DNA of 64,000 nt, filler included, from Basidioascus undulatus (GCA_000826855.1; 10 parts of 10 records of this genome joined end to end with filler, not necessarily neighbours in it); one strand, 5' to 3'; shown: positions 11,607 to 25,183, counted from the first letter of the whole stretch. Notes: generated by a model not told the origin, from the sequence alone. Program-made: numbers and translations.

Positions 11607-12878
11607 ATGCGAGTTCCGCCTGCGATCCCTGCGCAGTACCTGCCTAACCTCAAGAAGTACGCTTATTCCGGCGTGGACAAGTGCGTGGGCTCTCTATTCC
11701 TTTTGAGGGGGCAGGGTGAGGAGGGAAGCTGAATGTGTGGGATGGCGGTGTGCAGGTCGCTGTTCAGCCGCTACATCTTGAATCCGTACTGGAACAAGCG
11801 TCCGTCTTCCTTCGTCCCATCTCCCCCCCGCTGCTGCCCCACTCAACTCACTGACTCCCTCCACTCTGATCAGTCGTCACATTCTTCCCGTCCACAATCG
11901 CCCCGAACACTGTCCGCCTCCCACTCCTCCCTCCCCCTCTCCCACCATCATCTCACCCTCCCTCCCGCTCCCGAACCAGATCACGTTCTCCGGCCTCTTA
12001 ATCGTCCTCTGCAACGTCCTCACCCTCCTCTACTACGATGCCGGCGTGACTTGCGCCTGCACAACCAAGCCCGATACCCTCGGCTGCGACGGCAGCGACC
12101 GCGGCAGGTGTCCGCCCCCTTGGGTCTACTTCAGGTGCGGCATCCATCTCCCTCTGGCGCCCCACCTTCCTGCTGCACCCGCGCTGAATTGGGAGAGGGA
12201 TTTCAGCTGGGCGCTTGGCCTTTTTGTGTACCAGAGCTTGGACGCGATTGATGGGTGCGTCTTGGGGCGGCGATGGAGTCTGGGCGGGCAGCGGGAAGCT
12301 GAGATAGACGACGGTTGGACAGCAAGCAAGCCCGGCGGACTGGGATGGCTGGGCCGCTCGGAGAGCTCTTCGATCATGGTGTGTTCTTCCTCTCATCCCT
12401 TCTCTTCCCCGTCTTTCCCTTCCTCTCCCCTTCCGCTGACACTCCCTTCGCCTAGGCTGCGACGCGCTGAACACCACCGTGCGCCCTTCCCCTCCTTCCT
12501 TCCCCGCACCTCTTGAGCCCGTTTCTTACCCGGCAGGTACCGCACAGCTCGAAGTGATCCTCTCCACCTCCGCGCTCAACGTCGGCCACTCGTGGTGGGC
12601 CGTCGCCTCCCAGACGGCGACGCTCGCGAACTTCTACTTGTCGACCTGGGAGGAGTACCACACTGGTCCGTCTTTCCATTCCACCCCCTTCTCCCTTCTC
12701 AGAGTCTGACTGGAAGGTGTGGATCAGGCACGCTCTACCTCTCGCACTTCTCCGGCCCGGTCGAGGGGATCCTCATGATCGTCGTGATCTACATCATCAC
12801 CGGTCTGTTCGGTGCGTCCTCCCCTTCCTCTCCTTCCCTCCCTCCCCTCCCGCTCACCTCCCACCCCGGACGGCCAGG
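11607..12878 (+). CDS. Choline/ethanolamine phosphotransferase (EPT1/CPT1, CDP-alcohol phosphotransferase); 3' partial, many short introns
   Basis: NLKKYAYSGVDK|SLFSRYILNPYW, APNT|IT, YQSLDAIDG|KQARRTGMAGPLGELFDHG|CDALNTT (CDP-alcohol phosphotransferase motif), STWEEYHTG|TLYL..SGPVEGIL. Confidence 0.93.
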
Positions 12879-12978
12879 NNNNNNNNNNNNNNNNNNNNNN
12901 NNNNNNNNNNNNNNNNNNNNNNTTAATTAATTAANNNNNNNNNNNNNNNNNNNNNNNNNNNNNNNNNNNNNNNNNNNN
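12879..12978. other. Artificial contig spacer
   Basis: N44-TTAATTAATTAA-N44. Confidence 0.99.
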
Positions 12979-13268
12979 CCTTCCTGCCCCCCTCCGCCCC
13001 CTCCGCCGCGCCCACCGAGGTCCTTGCGCGCCTTCCACACCACCCCGTGCCAAAGGAGGACGCGCCCGAGGGCGACATCGTTGCGCTCCGGCAGGGGAAG
13101 AAGATGGTCACGAGCTTGTGCGCCCTCCTCCCCTCCCGCTTCCCCATTGCTGCTCTTCGTGCTGGGACTGACCTGTTGGGGGACACCGTCCGCAGCCACC
13201 CCGAGCTGACGCAGGACTCGCGCCTGCATGCCTACTTCGTCAAGAACCTCGTGCTGGGAGAGGAGTGA
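12979..13268 (+). CDS. SNO1: C-terminus of pyridoxal-5'-phosphate synthase glutaminase subunit (Sno1/PdxT); 5' partial
   Basis: Spliced reading IVALRQGKKMVTSF|HPELTQDSRLHAYF gives the FHPELT catalytic motif across a GTGCGC..CAG intron. Confidence 0.85.
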
Positions 13269-13841
13269 TACGGCTCGGACGAGGGTCTATAGAACGTTAT
13301 AGAGAGGTTTAGATGAGGGTTGATGATGCTTATACACTCGTTTTCGAACACTTTCCTTTGCGTCGTGCTGGCTTGCGTGGCGATGTCTCGTGCACCCAAT
13401 GGCCGAAACGAAACCTAGAAAGATATTGCTATATGCAGGGACGCGAGTTTGGCCACAACTAGTTGGTTGGTTGCGAAAGATCCCCCACAGGAATAGAAGG
13501 ATCACTTGAGTTGACCTGGGCTGCGGACACCCATTCCGATACGAGATATGGATTGTGCGGAACACGAAGTACTTACCGATAAGGCAGGTGTACTCTCGGT
13601 CCAGTGCCTAGAAGGTATGCATCCAGTACATGATGTGGGATCGGAGGACGGCGCTGCAGGCAGCAAACCCGCTGTCGCTTTCTCGCATTGCGCAGCGCCG
13701 CGAGGTAACCACAGTCCCGGCCTCTCTTTCTCTCTTTCTCTCTCTCTGCATTTCATCAACTCCCCTCGCTTCCCCACCCCCACACATTTCTACAACACTC
13801 GCCTTTCTCTCCTCGCCATACCTTCGAGCCCCCCAGTCCGC

Positions 13842-16800
13842 TCACTCCCCGCGCTCGAGCAGCGCGCGCCCCTCCTCCCACACGCGGAAGACGGCGTTCT
13901 GCGCCTCGGAGCGCGCGTCCTTTTCGCGCGGGAACGACTCGAATGCGACCGCCTCGATCGTCTCTGCCGCTTCGGCGATCTGGGGCGAGTACTGTTTCCG
14001 TCCAACTCTCTCATCAGCACCTCCTCCCAAAGACCGAAGGATGAGCGCACGCCAACTCACCCTCCGGACGAACTCGCGGTACCACCCCCAGAGCCCCCAG
14101 ACGCGCCACGCATCGTCGCCCCACGCCACGGTGTCGAGCTCCCCGTCCTTCGTCGGCGCGTCGAGCAGGGCAGGCAGCGCGGGGACGAGGTGCCGCGCGA
14201 AGAGCGTCACGGCGGAGGTGAGGACCTGGCGCTGGTCGCGCGTGACGGTCTCGTGCGAGGCGATAGCGGTGAGGAGCGCGGGCGATGCCTCGGCGTCGGC
14301 GGTCGTGTCGAGATCTGCTCGTCGTCGCGAAGGGGATTTAGCTTCTTGTGTGGAAGGATGGAAGGGCAGACGGACCAGCATCGACCTCCATGCTTCCTTC
14401 GCCCGCCTTCTTGGCGCGCTCGAGCGCCAGGCGCTCCTCGTTCTCCCTCCTCAATCCTTCCAGCCGCTCCCCAACCTGGACTACGCGACTATTGACCTTG
14501 TCCACGGTCATCCTTACTGCATCCCACGCCACCAGCCTGCTCCAGTCCCTGCCTGGCTGCTCCTCGCCCTCCTCCTCCTCCTCCCCACCCCCACCCAGCG
14601 CCTCGCGCGGGAAGTCCGCATCCTCCGGCTCGAACGCCCACCTAATAACCTCGCCCGGCTCGACGACGCGGTACTGGAGGAGCTTGTCGAGGACGATGTG
14701 GACCATCTGCGGGTTGCGCGCCCAGAAGCGCGCGACGCTGCGGAGGAGGTCGAGCCGCTCGGACGGGTCGGACGCGATCGCGCGCAGGACGGACAGGTAG
14801 CGCTCGGTCGCGTTGAGGAAGTGCGAGAACGAGCGCGCGCCGAGCGAGAGCAGCGCTTGCGCTGCCACGTCACGCGCGAGCTTGTCCGCCCGCAGGGTCG
14901 AGAGCGGTGCGTGCGCGTCGGATGGCAGGGCGGAGCGGATGGACGCGATCTGCGAGCGGATGTCTTCGGGGGTCGACTTTTGGCGGAAGAGCTGCACGAG
15001 CGCCTGCGCGTGCGCGTGGTACGGATGGTCTGGTTCGTCCACCCCAACGTCGTGCTCAGTAACCACCCCTGGCTTCTTTTAGGTTACGCCAGGCACGCAC
15101 CTTGCCGCTCGTAAACAAACGTCGGCCCAGGCGCCTCGACCGAGGGCAGCGCAGGCTTGATCGACTCAGGAAGGGCCTGTGCGATCCGGTCGTAGTAGCT
15201 CAGGCGGATCTCGAGCTCGAGCACGCGCGTGATGAACACCCGCTTGGGGTGCGATTCGGGGAGGGCGAGGTCGGGGGCCCTGTGCGGGCGTCACAGCATG
15301 TGAGCTCGGCTGCAAGGCGATTGCCCGTCGGATGCCGAAGGATGGAAACGCACCAGTCGTTCCAGTTCCACGCGAAGCCGAAGTTGCTCAGGTGGATCTG
15401 TTTGCGGAGTGTCAGTCTCTGCGCGTCCAGATGACCTTCCTACGCGACCAGCCACGCACCGCGAACCACTCCGCGAACCTCCTCGCGACCTCTACATCGA
15501 GCCCCTCGCCCAGGGCCTTGTACAGTCTCCGCACGCTCTTCCCCAGGGGGGGAGCGACCGTGCTGGGGCTAAGCCTGCACATCTCCGCAAGCAGCGAGGC
15601 GTAGTACATGCTGAGCTGGTCCGGCTGGGGGAGGACGAGGAGTGTGGCGACGATGGCCTCGACGACGACGTGCTCGAGCGCGTACCCCGTCGGCGGGGGG
15701 TCGTCCGGCCCGGGCTTCTTCGAAGGCCGGAAGAACCCGCGCGGGACGTACAGAAAGACGTCGAGCAGCATGCGCGCGGCGTCTTTCCGGTTGGGAGAGT
15801 AGAGGGAGATCATGTCGGAGAGGGTCGAGCGCAGGAGGACACCGTCTGGCGTGGCGGGCTCGGGGACGGTCTGCACACCATACCAAAGCCCTAGTCAGTT
15901 TCCATTTCCAGAAACCCAGAAGGGAATACGGCAGAGCAAGGGAAAGACGCACGTCGTCCTCGAACATTCGCAGCGCCCACCGCCCACGCATGCGCTCGCG
16001 CTTCGCAGCTGGCTCGCTGAACTCGACGTCGTCGGGCGGGACGAGGACGGCGGGGAGGTCGACTGCGCGCGAGGAGTCGAGCTCGTCCAGTGCGGGGAAG
16101 AGCGCGGGTAGGTCCTCCACCGGCAGGGACGCAGGGTCCCACTCCTTCTCTTGCTGCGAGCACAGCGCAACGCGGATGGCGGCGATGGGCTGGGGGGTCG
16201 GGTCGGTGTCAGTGGGCGAAGGCAGGAAAGAGAAGAAACAGAGGGAAGGGAAGAAAGGCAGGGCAGGAAGACGCACATCATACACCCCCTCATCGCGCAC
16301 GACGCCCTTGCCCTCGCGGCCCGGCTTCTCTCCCCAAGGGCCCAGCATCGCCCGGCCCGTGCGGCCCTCATCGCTATCGACCCACGCGCCGACGCGCTCG
16401 ACGAGCGCGTCCACCGCGGGCTTGTCGTGCGCTGCGAGCGCGCGCCCCGCGCGGAGGAGCGCCTCGCCTGCGCACGCGAGCGCGCGCTCGGCCCGCAAAG
16501 AGGGGACGCCCGGCTCGTCGAGGACGGCGAGGAAGGACTGGAGGAGTGAGAGGAAGGAGGAGGGGGAGATGAGGGCGGGGACGAGGTGCGCGAGGAGGTT
16601 GGTCTGTTGGGTTTCTGTAAGTAAGTCGCCGCGTTTTGTGGGGGGAAGTGAACAGGACGCACAGAGATCCGCAGCTCCCTCCAGCGCTTCGCGTCCAGCG
16701 CAGCGCGCCAGCTCTTGACGAGCTCGCCGAGCACCTCCCGTCCGACATTCGGCTTCTCCACCGCCGCGGGCTCGCCTTCGGCCTCCTTGGGCGGGAGGGC

Positions 16801-17199
16801 CAGGAGCTGTACGAGGACGGCGTAGTGGGGCAGTTTCTGGGGCTGTTGCGTCGCACTGCGTTTCCCATGCGCGTTCAGGGCTGGAGGAAGATGCGGGGGA
16901 GGTGGGAGAAAGGGCGGACGCACGAGATGTATATCCACCTGGGGATATCGGCTGAGAACTCGGCGTAGGACGCGTCGAGCGTCCGCGCGAGGCGGGGGAG
17001 GTCCGAGTCGGGCTCGAAGTCCTGTTCCAGCTCTCACTCGCTTAGCCTGCCTGCACCGTCTTGCATGATAGAGTCGTATCCCCATAAGAGACTCACCGTG
17101 TCATCAGCGAGCTTCGCGATCTTTTCCTTGAGCTTGTCCCACGCCGAGGGCTGCCTGGGACGCTGCTCGCGGTCGTCGTACCGCCTGCGCCCTCCGCGC
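13842..17199 (-). CDS. CBP80: Nuclear cap-binding complex large subunit Cbp80/Sto1/NCBP1; 5' partial, spliced
   Basis: QQPQKLPHYAVLV, LYSPNRKDAARMLL, YYASLLAEMCRLSPSTVAPPLGKSVRRLY, RRFAEWFAV|HLSNFGFAWNW, LGARSFSHFLNATERY, FWARNPQMVHIVLDKLLQYRVV. Confidence 0.92.
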
Positions 17200-17299
17200 N
17201 NNNNNNNNNNNNNNNNNNNNNNNNNNNNNNNNNNNNNNNNNNNTTAATTAATTAANNNNNNNNNNNNNNNNNNNNNNNNNNNNNNNNNNNNNNNNNNNN
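17200..17299. other. Artificial contig spacer
   Basis: N44-TTAATTAATTAA-N44. Confidence 0.99.
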
Positions 17300-17405
17300 T
17301 GACACGCGCTTTCTGTCCGCACTATGCGTTCCTCTCCCCGCCCCCCGCCCCCTCCCTCCCCCCCTTCCCTCCTTCTGTAACCTGATAAAGCTTCCTTGGT
17401 TGCAG

Positions 17406-18043
17406 AAGACCGATGGCCCGGCATCACCCAAATGCCCGAGTACCAGTACATCAAGAACTTCGACCGGTCCGTCTCTTCCTCCCCTCTCTTCTCCCCTCTC
17501 CCTCGCCTGACATCCTCCTCACCTCCAAACGCTTACTTCTCCTCTCCTCTCATGGAGCAGGTACAACAACACCCTCCCACAGTGGTACCACACGCGCTCG
17601 TCCTCGGGCGCGGGGTTCGCGCTCATCTCCTCCCTCCTCGAGTACGACCCCGAGGCGCGGATCACCGCGCGCGAGGCGCTCAGCCACAAGTGGTTCACTC
17701 AAGAAGCACCGGCGCCGAGCGACAAGTCCGTTTCCCCTTCCCCTCCTCTTCCCTTCCACCTCCTTCCTTCCTTCTCCCCCCCCCTTCTTTCATCCTCCCA
17801 ACCTTCTTTTCCTTCGCGGGAAGCTGACCAACAGCACCGCTGGACAGCGCATTCGCCACCCTGGGAGAAAACACGTACCCCCTCCGGCGCGTGACGCACG
17901 ACGCGGACGACCCGAAGATGGGCTCCGGCGCGGGCGCCGCGGGCGTCGGCGGCGGGGGAGGGATTTCCAGGCCCGGGAGTGTGCGGGGTACCGGACCCGC
18001 GGGCGTGGCGACGGGGAGCAGGAAGAAGGCACGGTTAGAGTGA
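17406..18043 (+). CDS. SSN3: C-terminal part of Mediator kinase Ssn3/Srb10/CDK8; 5' partial
   Basis: WPGITQMPEY, LPQWY, LLEYDPEARITAREALSHKWF, YPLRRVTHD match the C-lobe and tail of fungal CDK8. Final frame ambiguous across a G-run near 17955. Confidence 0.75.
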
Positions 18044-18454
18044 TGTACAGGGAGCGGGAGGGAGCGGGGAGGCGGTGGGGCGGGGAGGAGGCCTGTTGTA
18101 TTCAGTTTGTTGTACGCATAGCATGAGTATCGCACGAGCATTCGCACGAGCATTCGCATCTTGAGCAAATCCGCACTCGCATGCACACGTGCACTCTGAG
18201 GTTGCGATGCTCTCTGTTAGTCTGCTTCTGTTGTTTATGAGTCAAGTTGAGTGCGACAAGTCTGTCGCTCGGACTCGACGGCAATCGGGTGGCTCGAGGC
18301 TCCCAGGCAAAGGCAAACAATATCGCATGCTCAAAAGGACAAACTGCTGGCGACAGCTTGTATATGAATGGCAGGGAAAGCGTCCCGGGAAAGAGGTGCA
18401 AAACGAAAGGACAACCGCCAGCAAACGTCTTCACAACTGCGCTCCACGAGCTGC

Positions 18455-19776
18455 TCATCCGGTGGCGTGGGGTGCCTGGGGGGCACCCTCCCAGTTCTCG
18501 CGGTAGCCCCAGACAACACTCCACTCGCCGCAAAGGTACACAACGACCGCCAGCCCTACGCCAACCAACGGGGTCATGATGACCGACGCTGTAAGTAGGA
18601 GAATCCGGGGGCTGTGGACGGAGTAGTAGAGGCCGAGATAGAGCAAAGGCCAGATCGCCAGCACCAGCACCGTGCAGAAGTACGGAAAGGCGCAAGCAGG
18701 AGCGCTCGGCAGCCTGAGCAGAATCTGGACGGCGGCGCCCGTGTCCGTCGGCTGGTCCTGCAGCCTCTGCGGGAACATGCGAGGCGCGGAGGAGGTGTGT
18801 GCGCACCAGAGAGATGACTGTCGAGGCGGTAGGTGAACGTGCGACGTTAGCTAGACCGCCGAAAAGGAAGGCCGGGAGGATGAGGAGCCCGCATAGTCAG
18901 ATTGGGGGATGTATCGCGCATGTAGGCGGGTAAGGATAGCTCGAACTTCAAAGTGAAAAACGCGATGGATCTGGCCCCGGCGTACAGTAAGAGCATTTGG
19001 GCGCTCTGTGGACGTGCAGGCTGTGTGAGCGTGAGACTGAGGGGGCAGCATAGCGAGACGGACCATGACGAGCAGGAGGTTCACGAGCACGAGTTTCAAG
19101 TGACGGTGCGGTGGAGGCCGCTCCCGAAATGAAAGATCAGCCCGACAAACATGATGGAGCGGGAGACGATGCTGTCGGACGCTGTGGTTGCCGCCTAGAC
19201 CACGGTGACTGCGCCGAGGAGAGTCGACAATTAGAGCAGCTAGGCGAGGGTACCGGGTGGGACGATGGAAATGTGCCCTAGCGGAGGTCGTTTTCATGTC
19301 AGGCTGCAGTACCGGGATTGCAGGCAAACTGTCTCAAAGACTTACGACCGTTCGCACAGCGGGCAACAGCGCCGTAGTAGCGCCAGATACCGAGGAGCTC
19401 GCCCAGAGCGTAGCGCAACATGAGAGACTGGCCGGAAAGGGGCCAAAGCATAATGAGTGACAGGCAATCTCCGTCTAGAGCAACGATGTTAACTCACCAC
19501 CACCACCCCAACTATCCAGGCAGACTAGGCGTGCGGCACGAAGTTGTGGAGCACCCAGCACGTCGCACGCAGCGCAATAAAACCGTTGTAAAAAATCTTC
19601 ATGCTCGTATTTCACGCCTCGGAGCCCCACCGCTGAGCCTGAGGATGGTCAAGGCTGTACGCTTGCTGCCCGGCGAGCCAGATGCGCAACGACGAGTGCG
19701 CGGTCAGCGTGGCGCCGAGTGCGACGTACAGAGCGACCTGCAGGACGAGTAACAGGTTTGCGGTATGAACAACCAT
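18455..19776 (-). pseudogene. Probable decayed multi-pass membrane protein gene
   Basis: ATG 19776: MVVHTANLLLVLQVALYVALGATL...GSEA*NTSMKIFYNGFIAL...VPHA*SAWIVGVVV then a GTGAGT donor; two in-frame stops; distal hydrophobic exon FCTVLVLAIWPLLYLGLYY. Family not recognised. Confidence 0.4.
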
Positions 19777-20230
19777 TGTGAGAGATACGGTAGTTGGTGT
19801 GCTAGTACGGAACGAGAAAGGTGAGAAGGTGAGGGTCGAAGGTCAAGGGGGATTTGGGCGCGGGGCCTGCCCCGCGGGCGGCACGGAGACCGTCGTAGAG
19901 GTCGCGGTCTGCTGCCGCTCGCCGGTGCGGGATTCAATTAGGTATAAACTTGAAATACATTGATTGTAAAAGTGTATTTTGTAACGTTGTCAAACTGCCA
20001 CGACTAATCTGTCACCTTGCTTCAGGCTGTCGGTAGTTCCATGGAGGACCGGCGGCTGGGCTCGGGCTCGCAGCGTGCGCGTCATGAGCCGGCAGTGCGC
20101 TCTCGAGATCCCCCTGTCCAGATCTCATCCTGCATCCATCCGCCACATTCTCAGCTACATTCCCCTCAATTGTCATTCTTACTCTTAGATCTCTACCCCA
20201 ACTTTCATCCGCCATCTCCTCCGTGCCCCG

Positions 20231-21520
20231 ATGCCCAGCGAGAACTCGTTCTGGCTCATCTCGGCGCCGTTGCAGGACTCGGACGCGCGCACCCACTTCA
20301 GCGCGCTCGAGTCTGTCCTCGCAGACAAGAAGCTCGTGCCCCCCGCTGAGGTGCACCAGATCGAGCTGCCGAAGCTCAAGGTGCGCGAAACCAGTCACCA
20401 GCAGGCTCAGGAGCAGGGAAGGAAGCGAATGCTGAAGCGAAGCTGCCCCGGGGGTGATGGCAGACGGGCACGCTCTCCCAGCTCGTGAACCTCTCGGACG
20501 AGCTCGTCAAGCACGACACGTACACCTCCCAGACGGTTGCGAAGCTCGTCGACACGCTCCGGAGCCTCGACAGCGAGCACCTCCAGGAGCACGTCCGCGT
20601 GGACGACGAGGCGCCCGAGGACTACGTCCGGCACTGGCGCTGGAATGCGGGGCGGTACAGGGTCGAGCGCAACCTGGCGGAGATCACGGAGCAGATAGTT
20701 AAGGTGAGCTGAGGACTGGGTGGAGGGGGCTGGGAAGCGGCGGATGGATGGAGGAGTTGGAGTCGGGAGGTGCTGCATGCTGGAATGAGGGCGCATCGCT
20801 GACTGCACTGCCCCTTGGATTCATCTGACAGGAAATCTCTTCTATCGACAACGTCACCAAGTCCAAGCTGCAGTCGTACAATCTGGCGAAGGGGAACCTG
20901 ACGCAGCTGCAACGGAAGAAGACGTGCGTCGCCGCGCTCCCCTCCCTTCCCCTCCCACAACCAGCGCATCCAGACCTAAATGGCGGGCATGGGATTAAGG
21001 GGCAACCTGAGCGTGCGGAGTCTGGCGGAGGTGGTCAAGCCGGAGCATGTGGTCGAGAGCGAGTTCCTCGACACGCTCTTTGTCGCTGTGCCCGTGTGAG
21101 CTCTTCCTCCGCTTCTTCCTGCGCTCCGCATAACGGTTTCTCTGATCTGGCAACTGGTATGATGATGGGGGTATAGCAACCTCACCAAGGAGTGGCTGTC
21201 AAAGTACGAGCGCCTGACACAGCTCGTCGTGCCCCGTTCGTCCGTGTGCGTCGGTCTTCCCTTCAACCCTCCTTTCTACTGCGATGAATATAGCTCATGT
21301 CTGGGATGATGCGCGTGGGTGATGGCGGGAACAGCGAGATCGCAAGAGACGACGAGTACGTGCTGTACAGCGTCACGCTGTTCAAGAAGGTCCGGGACGA
21401 GTTTATCCAGAAGTGCCGCGAGAACAAGTGCGTCCATGTCCCAGCTCTCCCTCTCTCACCTTTCCTCCCCTCCCAAAATCCCCAACCGGTCCAGCACCTC
21501 CCTCCCCCTTTGCTCCCAGT
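20231..21520 (+). CDS. VMA5: V-type H+-ATPase V1 subunit C; 3' partial, spliced
   Basis: FWLISAP, LK|TGTLSQLVNLSDELVKHD, WRWNAGRY, YNLAKGNLTQLQRKKT|GNLSVRSLAEVV, SEFLDTLFVAVP, YERLTQLVVPRSS, LYSVTLFKK. Confidence 0.95.
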
Positions 21521-21620
21521 NNNNNNNNNNNNNNNNNNNNNNNNNNNNNNNNNNNNNNNNNNNNTTAATTAATTAANNNNNNNNNNNNNNNNNNNNNNNN
21601 NNNNNNNNNNNNNNNNNNNN
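21521..21620. other. Artificial contig spacer
   Basis: N44-TTAATTAATTAA-N44. Confidence 0.99.
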
Positions 21621-24600
21621 TGATGACTTTTGAGGACGGGGGAGGGGGAGGGGGAGGGGGGAAGAATGTGGAGAAGTGGAGATGAATGGTGTGATGAACG
21701 TTTTCGAGTCATTGAAACAACATTGGCGAGGTGAAGCTGTGAAGGCTTCGAACGAAGTCCAAAAGCATTCAGATTTTTTTTCTTTATCCTCCGTGCGGAA
21801 GCATGTGAGAGCAGGCAAGCTTTCAGGCTCGGAAGGGGGACAAGCGGTGGGAAATCGCAGCGTTGTGAACCACCGCCTGGCCGCGTAGGCGGTGTACCAT
21901 AGGGTTTCCGCTTTGTCTGGTGTCATTTGAGGGAAGGAATTTCAAGGGGATTATATTCTTTCATACGCCACTGAAGCACCAAAGGCGCCAAAGCGTAATC
22001 CATCACGGACCAACACCGTGCAACGAATGCTGCCGGAGGGCACCAAACCAGCCGGGTCTTTTGCATAGTTATATATGAGGGTGATGCCTTCAAGTTTAAC
22101 TTGAGCCGGGAGGTATGACTGAAGCTGAGGATACTGTTGGGCCGAGAGAAGGTCGTTGCTGCGCGATGCTGAACGGAGATGCTGCCCTCGATCTCCTGCT
22201 TATCGGCTTGTCGTCGCTGCCGGAAGTGGTGATATTACTCACAATATGAGCTGTCTTCCAGTTTCAGACAACTTCCCTTATGAATCAGCGTGCTTATTCA
22301 TCTAGTCCTCCCGCTGCTGTGAGAAAGCTGCACACCGACAGAGGGAGAGTGGGAAAGTATCGATAGAGTAAGTCACAACCCCTGTATTTTATATCAAATT
22401 TTGAGGACAAATGAATCTCAGAGATTATAGCGTTGACGATGGAAATTATGTGGGCGTCGCCGAGTGAAAGCACGGCTGAGCGCAACGCCTCTGAACGGAA
22501 CGATCATCCCCCCCACCAACGCACTTGCATTATCAACGATACTCTAACAATACCGACCAAAGAGGGTGTATGTCTTTCAAATCAATTTGCCGATGTACCC
22601 GCGCATGAGTGAAGAAATGCGCCTAGACGCTCACTTCGCGATTCCGTGGACTCAGATTGGAATGCTTCATCATGTGTGGCCTGACCGGGCGTGGCAGCAG
22701 AAAGCGTCTACAGTAGTGTTACCTCATCAGTCTCCTGTTTGAAAAGACGGCAGGGGAATTCTGTAGCTTTGTAAGCTATGCAGTCCTTCGAGTGCTGATT
22801 AGTGCACTTGCCAACAACAACACTGCGTGCTGCAATCCATGCTGTAGCACGGCTCCCGTCCCTCGATCTATCGACGGCCGAGCCTACCACACACTGGTCA
22901 ACTGAGGGGATTCTTCAGCTCACATGAGCAGTCTAGCAAAGTCAGGTGCTCACGGTACAGTCGCAGCCGGTAATTCTACAGTCGCAGCGTTGATGTCGCA
23001 GCGATGCAGTGTGCATAACCCGCTCAGAACGGGAGATGAACTGCAGCGCTTGGCAGCACCGCCGGTTGGTCGCAAGCTGTCACTTGCCGAATCACCCTAT
23101 CGTAATCCATAGATCCATCCCATCGCCAAGTGGTGTTTCCATCGACCTTTTTCCAGTGCACAATGAGGAGTTGCAAGCGTTGCAGGCCAAGGTTTGGCGT
23201 GCGTTGTCGATCATCCTCTTGGGACACGTGTCAACTGTGGGGACCCCAAATGACATGTGAGTGTGGAGGCCGGGACCCAGCGGCGTTTTGAATAACGTGC
23301 ACTGTTGAAGCCTTGAATTGTACTGATTGAATCCATTTTGGCGGGAGGTTTTCGCGGAAGGGTGCAGACCCACTTCCATGGCAAGGCACGCGACTGTCTG
23401 AGTGATGAGAAGGCCCGGAAAGACTCTACGATTGTCTCCGCTTAGGCCAGCGAGGGCATGTCCGAATGATGATATAGTTTTGAGCAGAAGAGAGGAGGAA
23501 AGTTTTGCTGCCGTTGCGTGACGCCAGATTGTGACGCACGGACATCAGTGCAAAACGGCCGAAGATGCACCGGGCGTCGGCTCCGTCTGCGAACTTTCGA
23601 ACTGAGTATGGCGCCATGGGATAGTGCTGCAGGCGTTGATTGGCCAAAGGTGCGCGCAAGGTGTAAAATGCACCTCTGGGAAGAAGAGATGTAGAGATGT
23701 TCTCCGAGGCATGTCCATGGCATGAAAAGGGAAAGTTGTGTGAGGTGTGAGGGAGCTGTCAGCCGTCGGAATCGGAGTCGGTGTTTTAAGTGGAAGACGG
23801 TTTTAAAAAGGCGCGTCAGGACTGTGCCCGTCCACGTCGCTGCGGCTGAATGAGCACAGATCAGAGCGAGATAGATGCACAGGAGGCTTCTCTGCGTCCG
23901 CGGAGGATTCCAGCATGGATGAGTGAGACCTTGAAGTCTTGCATTTTCCAGAGAAGAGAGAAGAGCGCGATATTCAGAGGCAACTGCCACTGCAGCAAGT
24001 CGAAATTACGGACTGGCCCCGCGCCACCCCTTCTCCGCTTGCCCTCCTCCCTTCGTCCCCGATCCCCCGCCGTACCAGAGGTATTCCCCGCTCGCCAGCA
24101 ACGCCAGCTGTGACGACGGTGCCAGCAATAACGGCGGCGTAGTCTTCCATAGCGAGCAAGTGCAGCCAAGCTCCTGAGACAAGTCGCGCCCCCCCGACGC
24201 CGTCGATAGCGCGCCGGCGGCAGGAGGGCTTTGCCTTCGCACCCCATCCGCGCCCACGTTTGATCGCTCACCGCCATCATCGTCTTCGTCCTCCCCGCTC
24301 GTCCTCCTCGCCCGCCTCCCGCCTCCCCGCCGCCCCCGCCGCGTCGCGCGGGCACGCCGTCGACAGAGGCAGCGCCGCTGTCTTATCTGCTACTTCTCTG
24401 TTCAGCGCGCGCGCGAGAAGCGCACGCCCTGTCAAACCGAGCTCGCCTCTGTGAGTCGCTCTGCTTTCTCTGGCTTGGGGCGCGGTGGCGGGCTGCGATT
24501 GCGCGCGATTACAGCGGGAAAATTTGGTATCATGTTGTTGGAGGATCAGAGCTTTCCCGGCGGATCACAGGTGTAGATCAGCTGGGATGGGCGAGCGTGA

Positions 24601-25183
24601 GGCGAGCGAGGACGCAGCTGTGTCTGCTTCTCCAGCTGCAGCTACCGCTCGCAACTGCAGTCTGGCTTTGCTGGCGATCTGCTCGTAGTCTATTCCCAAG
24701 TCTTTACTGCTATCTCCCAGTAATATGTAGATTTCCCCAATCCAGTCTGGCTGACATCCCACGCTTGTTTCTCTATCTTCTTGCAGCTTCCCGCGCGCCC
24801 TGAACGCGTTTAATACCGCCGAGGCGCATCTGCGCTCGTGCGCGTAACCTCCCCTCTTGTGAGTGTTGCAGCTTCAACCGTCCATTCGCTTCCATGCGTT
24901 CCATGACATCAAAGGCTGGCTGGAATCTCGACGATTGGCCTCCTCGCCGGCCTCGGTTTCGAATGGGGCAACGCAAACGGGCCGTCGGCGGATCCACCAT
25001 ATCTGTTCCTCGCATATTCCGGATCCTCCCGGACCCGATCCGCGCTCTCTTCGCGCTTGTTCGGCAGCAGACAACAAGGGGACGTGCAACATCTCGAGCA
25101 CTGCATACTGACACGCCGGTGCCCCACCTCATCCCGCAGATCTACCCCGCCTTCTCGTCCTCGAACTCCCCCTTCCGTACGCC

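Noticed and set aside
13548..16718. Long plus-strand ORFs (494, 358 and 315 aa)
   Set aside because: Antisense shadows of the GC-rich CBP80 exons with no recognisable motifs.
17940..18043. Programmed frameshift at the CDK8 C-terminus (plausible ...GSRKKARLE* ending is in another frame)
   Set aside because: The shift falls in a G-rich run where this assembly is error-prone; an indel error is more likely.
18130..18160. (TCGCACGAGCAT)x2.5 repeat downstream of CDK8
   Set aside because: Short simple duplication with no sign of function.
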